The notes below the pieces were generated by a model. The model saw only the letters and a list, made by a program, of their open reading frames with translations, had not been told where the DNA came from and searched no databases. The translations under genes and the position numbers were made by a program. From NCBI RefSeq assembly GCF_003918875.1, contig NW_025766953.1, forward strand, positions 1 to 64,000: 64,000 nucleotides of DNA. Direction: 5' to 3'. The stretch comes from Haliotis rubra. Its lineage: Eukaryota. Position 1 is the stretch's first letter, and each line of letters starts with the position of its first letter. This document shows, in pieces, positions 10,687 through 21,988 of this stretch.

Positions 10687-13197
10687 TGTTACAGGGAATA
10701 TGTATAATCAGGGAATATGCATAATCCCTTAAAATTTCAGGTAATATGTGTAATGTCTGATTCACTAAGGGAATATACATAATACCTAAGATTTTCAGGA
10801 ATTATACATATTCCCTGGTTTTAGGAGAGTTTTGTTAGACACATTCCCTGAAACTGTTTGAAAGTTTAGATGTTTTTGTTTATGTTTTTGTGTGTGACTC
10901 CTTTGATGTAAAAATATACCTTTTAGCTTGTTAACATAAAACAACTTAATGATTATAGTAACAACATCTCGGATGAAGTAGTGCAGGATTTCCCACTCAC
11001 TTTCGATGAGTATGTGATCACAATAATTCCAACAAGGGTAGCGCTTGTAGTTTTAAAGATTTAAGTGGTAATCTCATTCCATTAATCGGGTGAAAGGGGG
11101 TACAAGCTTGTAACAACATTTGATCACTCTAATATCAACCAGGATATAAAAGAGGATTTTCTGCAATGTTAGTCACATTTGGAAAATGGAGCTTGAAGAG
11201 AACTTTAGACAGTCCCTGTACAAGACCTACGAAGAGAACAAGAGATTCCTGGCTAGCTATTCTCGAAACTAAAAGACGAACTTCTTAAGTACATTGGCTA
11301 CGATCAAATAAGAATTGAAATTATTGATAAGGGCTGACTAAGAGTACTAAAATACTGAGTGAAATTATTGATGCTACTAACACTTCCAAGAAGATATTAC
11401 ATCCTGAAGAAGTATGAAATTATACAGTGTGGGGATGTACAAAAGTTTATACGAAGACGCCAATAACCTAATGAAGCTCCAGTCTACTTTGTCAGCATAG
11501 AAGAGACATTGATGTTATCAAGCGAGCCCATTTGGCGACTGGTCATGGTGGGAGAGACAAGATGGTGAAAGAAGTGTCCAAGAAATATGCTAATGTGACC
11601 CAAGATGCTCTCGCCCTTTTCAAGAACATGTGTGCGGAGTGCTAACGCAAGAGAAAGAGACCAACTACGAAAGGCACTGTTGTTAAGCCTATTGTCAGCA
11701 AGAACTTCAATTCCAGATGCCAAGTTGATCTCATAGACATGCAGTCAATGAGCCAAGGACAGTTCAAGTTCATCATGGTTTATCAAGATCACCTAACTAA
11801 GTTCTGTGTTCTTCGTGCCCTTACGTCCAAGCGTGCTGCTGAGGTTGCTTACCAGTTATTGGATATTTTCCTTTTGTTTGGAGCTCCTTGCGTTCTCCAG
11901 AGTGACAACGGATCATAGTTTACTGCCCAGGTAATTGCCGACCTGAAGCAAATGTGGCCAGATATTGTAATAGTTCACGGCAAGCCTAGGCATCCACAAA
12001 GCCAGGGCTCTGTTGAGAGAGCCAATTGTGATGTCATGGACATGTTGGTAGCATGGTTAGGTGACAACAATACAACTGATTGGACAGTCCGACTTAAGTT
12101 TGTGCAGTTTCAGAAAAACTCTAGTTTCCACAGTGGAATTAAATGTTCTCCCTTTGCAGCACTCCTTGGTGAAGATGCAAAGACAGGACTAACTTCATCA
12201 AGCCTCCCCCCATGAGATCATCCAGAAGCTTCAAAGTGAAGATGATCTTCTTGCTGCAGTATCTAATCCCACATCAAGTGAAGAGTCCGACACTTCTACA
12301 GACCCTCCACCAGAAACCGACTTTGCCACACCAGCATCAAGTGAGTCGCCATCTGAATCTACAACTGAGACTCGACAGGAAGATATCCATCTTAAGAGTA
12401 GGCAAGCCAATGAAGCACAGATGCAGCAGGTTGAGAGAATGGTCAAACGTGATGACATCAGTAAACATTGGTGACAATGTAACTGTTTAAATTCCTCACT
12501 TTGACAGGGGCCGATCAGATCCCAGAAACCTTATTGGAGTTGTGCTGGACTGTAGTGAAAGTGACTTGTATACCATTGCCGTTAAGGGGGGGTGTCCTTC
12601 ATGGAAAGTATTCCTCCAATCAGTCTGATGTTTGTCCTACTGCCCTTTACGGTGTTGATGACGTTGCCAAGGACAAAAACATTTCAATTCGACAAGCTGT
12701 TCAGTTTGAGTCTAACTGTGGTGGTCAAGGACTTGTCCGTTGTAACTGTGCTGGGTAAAAATAAATGCCAAACAAACCGCTGTACATGTTTTAAGGCTAA
12801 AGTTTTGTGCACTTCAAGGTGTCATTCTTCATGTTACATGTGAAAATAAATGAAATACCTGGAGATCTTGTTTGCTTTGAAAATGTATCTGTTTTATTTT
12901 ATGTTCTACTACATGTGTGAGAAATAAATCTTTTCTTCCCAAAAAGTTTCTTGTTAATATTTTATTTTAATAATTCCATCAAAACTAGAGGTGCTACAAT
13001 GATAAGTTAAGAATTTAAACTTTCAAACAGTTTCAGGGAATATGTCTAAAAAACCTCTCCCAAAACCAGGGAATATGTATAATTCCTGAAAATATTAGGT
13101 ATTATGTACATTCCCTGAGTGAAACAGACATTACACATATTACCTGAAATGTTCAGGGATTATACATATTCCCTGATTATACGTATTCCCTGTAACA
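10687..13197 (+). mobile_element. Ginger2-type (KRBA2/SCAND3-like integrase) DNA transposon with complete ends
   Basis: 182-bp TIRs at 10687-10868 and 13016-13197 beginning TGTTACAGGG; TGT...ACA termini; 4-bp TSD tata at 10683-10686 and 13198-13201. Confidence 0.9.
11187..12853 (+). pseudogene. Degenerate DDE integrase-like transposase (KRBA2/SCAND3-like)
   Basis: Motifs GHGGRDKMVKE, RCQVDLIDMQS, VYQDHLTKFCVLRALTSK, FGAPCVLQSDNG, HGKPRHPQSQGSVERAN and a C-terminal Cys cluster CGGQGLVRCNC..KCQTNRCTCFKAKVLCTSRCH; multiple stops and frameshifts. Confidence 0.88.
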
Positions 13198-14377
13198 TAT
13201 ACGCATTACAACTGTAATGGTGTTTATAGTAGTTCTTCATTGATAAGTCCCAGATTAATTGACCTATCAGTCCCTGACCGTCTGAATGCTAGAACATTTT
13301 TATTATCCAGGAAACGCTAATGTGAAGTTTATGTCATATGAAAGATAATTAAACAATATCCATAAAAAATAGTTTGAATTATTTTTTTTAAATAGTTTTG
13401 AAACTTGGGATTCAACGGTGTCCTTTTCTTGCTATATTAATTATGACCAGTAATGTCACTTCAGGTTTTTGCCACTTAACACACATTCATCATTCTAACA
13501 TCATCAATATGTAGAGGTATGAATGCATTTGAAGAAGGACCATGAAAAGACGTATTTCAAGAAATAAATTTGGCTTTGACGTCACTGATGTTCTCTGGGT
13601 CACTAAAGACTACCTTGGAATCTGACGTTTGAAAACCATCTTATTCCTTTGGAAGTATTCTCCAAAAAGAATTTTACTGTTCAATGTTTAATGGTCTTTA
13701 AATTGGTATATATCCTTCATTTTAGTGTTTTCTTTGCCTTTAAGGTAGCCTATTGAAACTTGTAAAAGTCTTTGTATTGAAATGTTGTTCATCATTATTT
13801 TGATTTTTTAGTAAAAATGTTGACTGTTGACTCCAGAGTACCACTGAATGTACACTTAATGGCTGTAGAAAAACAGTTCATGACCATGAACTAAAGTATG
13901 ACTACCTTAGCCATGATAAGTTTTGAATATTTGAACATACGTACATGACTTACATCTAGAGCTAATTTTTCTGGTTTTCGATAATTTTTGGGTAAACATT
14001 TGTTGAATTGATCTGTAAACAGAAAGTATATTTTACCTACATGTCACTAAATGTTTACTCTGTTTAGATACGTCTTTGTGTCCGGGCTACACCACCAATG
14101 ATTTTGCATGTGCTATTCAGCTTTGGATATATGCACAGATACATTGATGCTACATGTCCCCTCTCACATTCGTCACTTCCACTGTTGCCATTTTGAAGTA
14201 ATTTCCTTACATCCGCTACATGCATGTACATCTTTGCTGCAATGCCAATATTGATTATTTTGCATATGCAGTTTTGTTGTTTTGGTGGATAGATATGTAC
14301 AGAAGTGACAAGTGATATCAAGCAGTTATATCTAATACTGCTGTTACCACGGTAACTCCATTGTTCCCTCCCTTCCT

Positions 14378-15340
14378 ATGGCACCCCATGGGGGACACCA
14401 CGAGCCACATAATAAGACTGCCATCGATACACTAAAAATGGTTCAAGACCACATAGAATCGTTCCCAACCGTTGATGCTCATTACACACGTCGAGATACG
14501 AACAGAATGCTGTTGGGATCGACATTAAATGTAAAAAAATGTACGACCTGTACAATGGCAAGTGCACCATTGATGCTACCAAAGCAGTGTTATCATCACT
14601 TTACAGGAAGGTGTTCACCGAGGAGTTTAACTGTTCTTTTCACGTACCAAAGAAGGATCAGTGTTAATTGTGCCAGAGGTACTACAGGGAAAAGGAGAGT
14701 GGGTCAGTTCAGCAAGAACTTGAAAGGAGTACACCCAACACCAAGAGAGAAAAATGAGAGCCCATGAAGAAAAGATAAAGGACAAAGCCCTTGCTCTGAT
14801 GGACAAATCCATTTTTGTGGCCACATTTGATCTGGAGGCTGTATTGTATACACCATGCTCACTTGTCAGTGAACGTTTCTACATGAAGAAATTGAACTGT
14901 TACAATTTTACTGTATACGATTTAGCCACGAAAGGAGGTACATGCTTTGTATGGTCGGAAGTGGATGCCCAGAGAGGATCATGTGAAGTTGCATCACGTC
15001 TGCAATTTACCACCAACCGTCAAGCATGTACTTCTGTGTTCAGGACAGAACAGAAACCAGTATGTCGCAGCCTCCCTATGTGTGACCACTACTGAACACA
15101 TCAATACAATTGACCACAAATTTCTAGAGCCAAGCCACAAACAGATGGAGTGCGATACAATTCATTCCACCATTGAAAGGAAAGGAAGACTAGTATTTAT
15201 GTGCCAAGCAAGTGGGACACTGTTATAAGAATGGCCAAAAGGAAGGACCCATATATTGTCGTCCCAATACAGTTCACCAATGGGATGAACTTTCAGAAAT
15301 ATGCCCATGGCAGACTGAGAAACACCAAAATTGATACAAA
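14378..15340 (+). pseudogene. Sola1-like DDD transposase relic
   Basis: Motifs across frameshifted ORFs: HIESFPTVDAHYTR, FNCSFHVPKKDQC, ATFDLEAVLYTP, FYMKKLNCYNFTVYD, WSEVDAQRGSCEVAS, CSGQNRN, HKFLEPSHKQMECDTIHSTIE. Superfamily assignment is from recalled motifs. Confidence 0.7.
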
Positions 15341-15346
15341 TGGTGG

Positions 15347-15520
15347 GTATGTATATAGGTGCATCACTCAGTGCTGGCATGTCATTACTCTGTACTGGTA
15401 TGTCTATAGGTGCATCACTCAGTGCTGGCATGTCATTACTCTGTACTGGTATGTCTATAGGTGCATCACTCAGTGCCGGCATGTCATTACTCTGTACTTG
15501 TATGTCTATAGGCGCATCAT
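15347..15520. repeat. 51-bp tandem repeat, about 3.4 copies
   Basis: Unit gtatgtctataggtgcatcactcagtgctggcatgtcattactctgtactg. Confidence 0.92.
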
Positions 15521-15729
15521 TCAATTGCGAGTGTCAATGGGCAATTATGACATGATTATATATGTTAAAAGAAACATATTAAGTCTCAACCTTTTGTAAT
15601 ATGTTATAAAGAATTAAAGAAAGCATAGATTCACACACTAAATGTGTTTTCATTGTATTCTAAAACGTAAACAACACAAGCTCAAATCCGATAGCCAGCG
15701 CGTATGCATATGCTTAAATTCCTAGTACA

Positions 15730-16500
15730 CATGAAAGGTAAAATGGTACTTCTTTATAGAGTGCAAAGCGTAGTAAATCAAGCAAGCACGTTGCTCGAAG
15801 TGAAGCCCTCTTATATATATTCTCAACAAACATACAGTGTCACAAGCGTTCGGTCCGGCTTGGCTCGGGTCGTCCAAAGCACCTAACACTTCAAAGGTGT
15901 ATCTTTAATTGGGCTTAAATCCAAAGATTAGTATTATATCTACCTACATATCACATTGTTATGCTACAAAATGCCACATGTAAAGATAACTGGTCCGTTA
16001 AAGTGAAGCCCTTGTCTGCCCACCCTCAAAATAAGCCTCAATCATAAGTGTTCAGTCTGTTCGGCCCGACTTGACCCGGGCTGTCAAAAGCAACTTAAAC
16101 CTCACACATGTATCTTGAAATGTGTTTAAATCCATAGATCAGTATTATATCTACCTAAATGCCACATTGTGATGTTACAAAGAAAACTGGGTCGTTAAAG
16201 TGAAGCCCTTGTCCCTCTCCATCCCCAACACAGCCTTAATCAAATGTGTTTAGTCACTGATCGGTGCGACTTGGCCGGGCTGTCAAAAACAACTTAAACC
16301 TCACACATGTATCTTGAAGTCTCACAGATGAATCCTAGATTCTGTTTACATCCAGTGAATATAGTTATATCTATCCAAATACCACTTTATAGAGTCTTAA
16401 AGCATGGTATCTGAAAGAAGCACGTTGCTCAAAGTGATGCCCAGTGTTCAGTGTGACCCTGCCCAGGCTAATAAAATGAATAGCCAATTACACCTGTACC
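15730..16500 (+). repeat. Degenerate tandem array of an about 200-bp unit (3-4 copies)
   Basis: Recurring aagtgaagccc (about 15797, 16000, 16198, degenerate 16432), cttggcccgggctgtcaaaagcaacttaaacctcacacatgtatcttgaa and tagtattatatctaccta. Confidence 0.8.
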
Positions 16501-16529
16501 CAGATTGCTTAATTGCCCCATGGCAGTCT

Positions 16530-17572
16530 ATTGATTAACTGCTTGAGAAGTTTGAAATATCGACTATCGCGTAAAAGTTTAGAAATTATCTATAAATCTT
16601 TCATCTTACCTACTTTTGATTATTTCGGCCACATAGGGGACAACTGTACCCAGGAACAGTCCATTGTACTAGAAAAATTTGCGATCAATATATGTGGTGC
16701 AGTTCGAGGAACAAGCCAAAACATGATATATGAAGAAACTAACCAAAAACCATTTAAAGAACGTATAGATATATTTCTAAACTGACAACATTTTAAAAAA
16801 TGAAGAATAATCTTTCGACTCAATAGCTCTTACCTACAATACCTAATACTAATTATTATAACCTCAGTAGACATTTATCAGCGCGGACAGTTAAATGTAG
16901 ACATATGCCAGATCACTTCTACCTGATACAATAAGACGATGGAATTCCCAAAGTCCTGAAATTCAAAATATTGATACCTTATCCTAAAACTCGCTATGCA
17001 GACCTAATAACACAACTATTATCTTTGACCTAAACTATGGATCAAGAATATGCCAAATTATCCATTCTCGCTTCAAGCTCCGTGTATTGATTTGGATGCC
17101 GATAGGTTTGATAGACATATCTTCGACAGCCCATCGTGTTTGTGTGGTCATCCAGTCGAAAATGCTGTACATTTATTTCTTCACATGCAATAAATGCATG
17201 GAATTATGACAAAAATACTCTTTCTATTTAAAGGGATTAGCATCAACACAGTACTATGAGGATGTGCATCGCTCACTGGCAATGATCTACACAAATTATT
17301 AAAATCTATTCCTGATTACACAATAAAATCTGATCGATTTGATGTTTCATAAATACTATTTTATTGACTGGCAAACAAACAAATCGATATTCATGCATTA
17401 CCCTTATCTTGATTGTTGATAAGTAAGAATTGTGTCATCACTGTGTCATCTGTTTCAGTATTTACTTGCACATGCATTTGCATATGGGAGCGGCCTTCAA
17501 ATAAGCTCCTCGGAGCTTGTTGGTCAATCCATTCATAACGCATATTTTCATGAATAAAATATGTTTAAATCA
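16530..17572 (+). mobile_element. 3' fragment of a CR1/L2-group LINE (RT C-terminus and 3' UTR)
   Basis: LKYRLSRKSLEIIYKSFILPTFDY..DNC..LEK..CGAVRGTS; DSPSCLCGHPVENAVHLFL zinc-knuckle-like end; 3' end gaataaaatatgtttaaatc. Confidence 0.75.
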
Positions 17573-18270
17573 AGCATGTCAGATGTCACACAGAGAAAGA
17601 ATTTTCGAAGGTATAGTGACAAGATCCCTGCCAGGCGTCAAGGTCTCCTGATCTCCTCTAATAATATAACAATAGTAATATACCCATCATAGTGGATGTG
17701 GCATGTTGTAAAACGTATTTTATGATTTGATTGCCCTAATCGGGTCAGTTCTCAATATTATCAGTTTTTTATCAAGTTTTGTGCACCCTATTATAAACTG
17801 TGAAGAACAGTCTGACATTTGCTTGCAAACAAACGGCTGCAAAGTAAGGTCACGTACAGTCCAAAGCATTGTCAGACGATATATTATTTTTGAGTTTATT
17901 CTATTTTCAGATTTCAGCGGTTGGGCAAAAGAACTGATGGGTGCACATAATGTTTTATATACTATGTTTGCACGGGGCTGTTGTCCTTCTTACTGGTGTC
18001 ACCCCTAGGTACCGAAATAGTTGACAACAAGGCCGTGCAAACCATGATGCCCTGAACAAGAAGGTCTACACCCTGAACCAGAAACTGAAACACCTCTGCG
18101 CAGCGAATGAAATGACCTATGTAGACCATCCTCATTTCATGTATTCTTGGAGAGTAAGGCAGTAAGTACTTCATTGCATTGCAATTTTAGGACAGAAACA
18201 GCTGGCTTCAGATATTATCTGTGCTCTTTTGGTGGCATGTTATTCAGAAAGGAGTTGCATTCATTCAATA

Positions 18271-18830
18271 CAGCTTGTTCAGCTTGACCTGAGCTACTCT
18301 ACATATGCATGACCCGGGAGGTCAAATGGCACAAAGGACAGGTCGATTTAACTTCATTAAATAGGGGAGCAGAGAATGTTATTAATGTTGCGTTCGTGCG
18401 AAGCATGCATACATGGATTCGTTACAGAACTTGTCCCGGAAAACAACACTTCCGAAAAAACAATATTTTCATGTTTTAATTGAATTGTTTCTACAGTCAT
18501 ATGCTATCTAGTTTGGTTTGCTAACTTTACAACATACAGACGTCAGTTACTTTCACAATCTGATTCACTCTCGCTAGTTGCTGTTACTCGCTGCCTAAAA
18601 TCCCGAACAGGAAACAGTAAACCAACTGTACCTTGTTGTTTAAAGAAAGTTAGGACATTGCTGACGATTTCTCGACACTGAGAGGTCAAACAGCGACCTT
18701 GTCGCGTCTGTTCGGACTGTTGACAATCAAATAACAAAGGTCCACCCCTTCACAATAATAGACCCAACCAGTTGTGACCGGTCACGCAATTCATTAGTAT
18801 GCATTTGATCAGGTCAAGCTGAACAAGCTG
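18271..18830 (-). mobile_element. Non-autonomous Tc1/mariner (IS630-like) element
   Basis: Perfect 22-bp TIR cagcttgttcagcttgacctga (18271-18292 and 18809-18830) flanked by TA on both sides; minus-strand remnant GRCLTSQCREIVSNVLTFFKQ resembles a transposase N-terminus. Confidence 0.85.
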
Positions 18831-18984
18831 TACGTACATTAATAATGTACCATAAGGTCTTGGCTCCGGTTTAATGCAGAACCATCATTTACCGTGTACT
18901 TTGCATTAAAATTGGTACCTGCTCTTCTTTCGAATAAATGGCAACAAGGCACTAATATTAATACTGGGTTACGTTGTTTCAGTT

Positions 18985-19545
18985 GTAACACGTTATCTTT
19001 ACATGTGGCATTTTGTAACATCACAATGTGGTGTTTAGGTAGACATAATACTCATCTATGGATTTAATCAAAATTCAGATACATATGTGAGGTGTAGGTT
19101 GAGGTGAGGTGCTTTTGAGAGCCCGGGCCAAGCCACACCGAACGCTTGTGATATAGCAACTCTGTTGAGAATATAGAAAAGCGGGCTTCACTTTGAGCAA
19201 CGTGTTTGCTTCAAATACTACGTTTTCGAACTTTATACAGTGACATGTAGGTAGATATAATGGTAATCTATGAACCTGGTCACATTTCATGATACATGTG
19301 TGAGGTTTAAGTTGCTTTTGACAGCCCGGGCCAAGTGGGGCAAACAGAGACTTAACACTTTTGATTGAGTCTATGTTGAAAATGGAGAGAGAAAAGGGCT
19401 GGAAAAGTTATATATAGGTAGATGTAATACCAATCTGTGAATTAAAACACAATTCAAGATACATGTGTGAGGTTTAAGCTGCTTTTGACGGCCCGAGGTA
19501 TGCCGGACCGAACAATAGTGGCGGTGATTATGTTGAGAGTGTGAG
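18985..19545 (-). repeat. Inverted copy of the about 200-bp unit array at 15730-16500
   Basis: Reverse-complement motifs gatacatgtgtgaggtttaagttgcttttgacagcccgggccaag, gggcttcactttgagcaacgtg and gttatctttacatgtggcattttg. Confidence 0.8.
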
Positions 19546-20889
19546 GAAGAGAGATCGTTTCATTTGCAGATGGGTATGCCTTACATACAATGAATAGTGG
19601 CCTTCTAGGGTGGCATTTGATTGGATATAGGTGTAAAAAGATTTTCGGGTCGACAGAAAAGTTTATCGGGAGTGACTGAAGCATTTTTGCGTTTTAAATC
19701 CTGTTTCGTTTAACGATTCTTCTTTTAGACGTAACCTTGGTCAGCCACGTTCTGAGGCCGATAACCCCTCGATATAGTCAGACGTTGTTTTTTGTAGCCA
19801 AAAAATATTTTACAAAGCGACGTCGCGCAAGACGTCGCCTTTTTTATGCGACGTCGATCTTTTTTTTACGCGCCACGCGATGGCAATTATAGGACACCAT
19901 AGATCTTGGATGGCAATGTAGCCCACTTATGGAGAGGGTCCAGAGGGTGGCCTCTGCACAGCTAATACAAAAGCACCTCTGAAAAGTCAAAAGCAATGAA
20001 GTCCTCATTTGGGGCAGATGACATCAAAGACATGTATGTGTGTGTGCATGCGTCCGTGCGTGCGTGTGTGTGTCTGTGTAAACTGAAGGGCTATGATTTA
20101 GGAAATAGACTATTTGGAAGGTTTAAAGTTTTTATATGTAACTGTGGCCAATTATATACTGCCAAATATATTAGGCCCTGAAGTTGTGTTTAACAAAACA
20201 CACTGTTCTTGTCAATGTAAGAGGATTGTGTTTCGTGACATTAACAAAGACTGAATTAGATCAGTTAAAATAAAATAATGGCAAATTCTATACTGTTTCT
20301 TGCAAGTAATAGACATGTTTGGTCTGAAGATCTATGACGTATCGCATCGTATATATCGTCATAATCCGAGATGATGTTTTAGGGACACAATGTGAAGACT
20401 ATTCATCGTATCAAAGTAAGGATATATCTGAAATATGGCTAAACGCGAATTGAAATTCCATCGTCGCTCATTCTTTTGAGCCTCCCACCTTCATTAATTA
20501 TACGATGGTAAGCATGTTTGAACAAGATGACAACAGAAAAAGAGAACATTGTATTTGTAAATGATGAACTGATATACATGTATAATATATTTGATCTCAA
20601 CATTTTCTTCGTATAAATATGTGCTTAGATTATCATTTCCAGATAATCTATGGAAACTGTTTATTTATGGTGCAAACATTGTTTGAAGATTTACAGATAA
20701 CGACATTGATTAATTGTAATAAGTCTCGGGTTCTATCCCTTCAATGTCCACTAATCACTGCACTGTAAGCTGTATAGTCGATTGCCATGCTACAAGCTGA
20801 TACATGTTTGGAAGGCATTTTCCCGTTCCCAGTTTAGACAATATCATTGTATCATCGACCATCTCCAACTTCAAGGCCTTGAAGCAAAG

Positions 20890-21033
20890 GCCTGTGGTGT
20901 GGCCTTGTGGTTAAAATGTTCGCGCGCGCCGAAGACCCGGGTTCGATTCCACACAAGGGTATAAGGTGTAAAGCCCGTTTCTGGATTTCCACATCGTGGT
21001 ATTGCTAGAGTAGTGATAAAACTCACTCACTCT
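20890..21033 (+). mobile_element. tRNA-derived SINE family A, degenerate
   Basis: gtggttaaaatgttcgcgcgcgccgaagacccgggttcgattcc...aaactcactcactc. Confidence 0.75.
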
Positions 21034-21205
21034 TAACATTGTCTTGGTCATTTCAGCCCATTTATTTGTGATGTGCGAGTGCATAATCGTTTCAAACAGA
21101 ATACGTCTATAGCAGTCTTACTGATCATCTGCTGCTGTAGAAACACCTCCCAAGATTACACATCTACATACATTTTGACTTCATCGGTCGTTTCTATCCA
21201 CGTAC

Positions 21206-21375
21206 GGGGCGGTGGGGTAGCCTAATGGTTAAAGCGTTGGCTCGTCACGCCGAAGACCCGGGTTCGAATCCCCACATGGGTACAATGTGTGAAGCCCATT
21301 TCTGGTGTCCCCCACCGCGATGTTGCTGGAATATTGCTAAAAGCGGCGTAAAACGAAACTCAGTCAGTCAGTCAG
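21206..21375 (+). mobile_element. tRNA-derived SINE family A, full length, (CAGT)n tail
   Basis: A box tagcctaatggtt, B box ggttcgaatccc; 13-bp TSD tctatccacgtac at 21193-21205 and 21376-21388. Confidence 0.92.
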
Positions 21376-21988
21376 TCTATCCACGTACATGTAAATCATG
21401 ATTCCTCTCCGGTCGTGTTTGTGGTCGAAGGTGATGCCTTGAAGTAGTTTTGAACTTTAATGTATTCAAATACAAGAGGTCTTAGGCTGAGCCAGCCACG
21501 CCCCATCACAAAATTTCATCTTACGAATGTACGGATAACTCCTCTTCGCCTCGATCCATTGTTATTGATGAGGGAACACACAATGTATTCTTATTTTTTA
21601 TTCCCATACGACCATTATCACAACTGTCAGATTTTATGTACACTTCAACACACTTAGTTATAAAAGGGATCGACGTGAAACACACTGAAAACAGTAGGTG
21701 TCGTCTTTCAAAACTACTGTAAGGAGAGTCACAACTTGCTGTCATTTCTGAAACGTGATTGAGAATCATCATAGTTATTATTTTTAGGACATGATACTAC
21801 TCACTCATTTACTGTCACTGGATTTATGGAGCATTCTTCTTCCCCTTTAACCAAGACTTTGTGTAAATCTGTCACTTTGTTTAATATCATCCATGTTTCA
21901 GACAACAATACAACGGAAGGATGAACTCATTACATAGTTTGTATGCAGCATACAATCATGACACACTTTCTCCTGACATTTCCCGTTC

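Noticed and set aside
21206-21280. tRNA-like sequences (also 22532, 23219, 47389, 56404) as tRNA genes
   Set aside because: They continue into SINE bodies with shared tails and TSDs, and no acceptor stem closes them.
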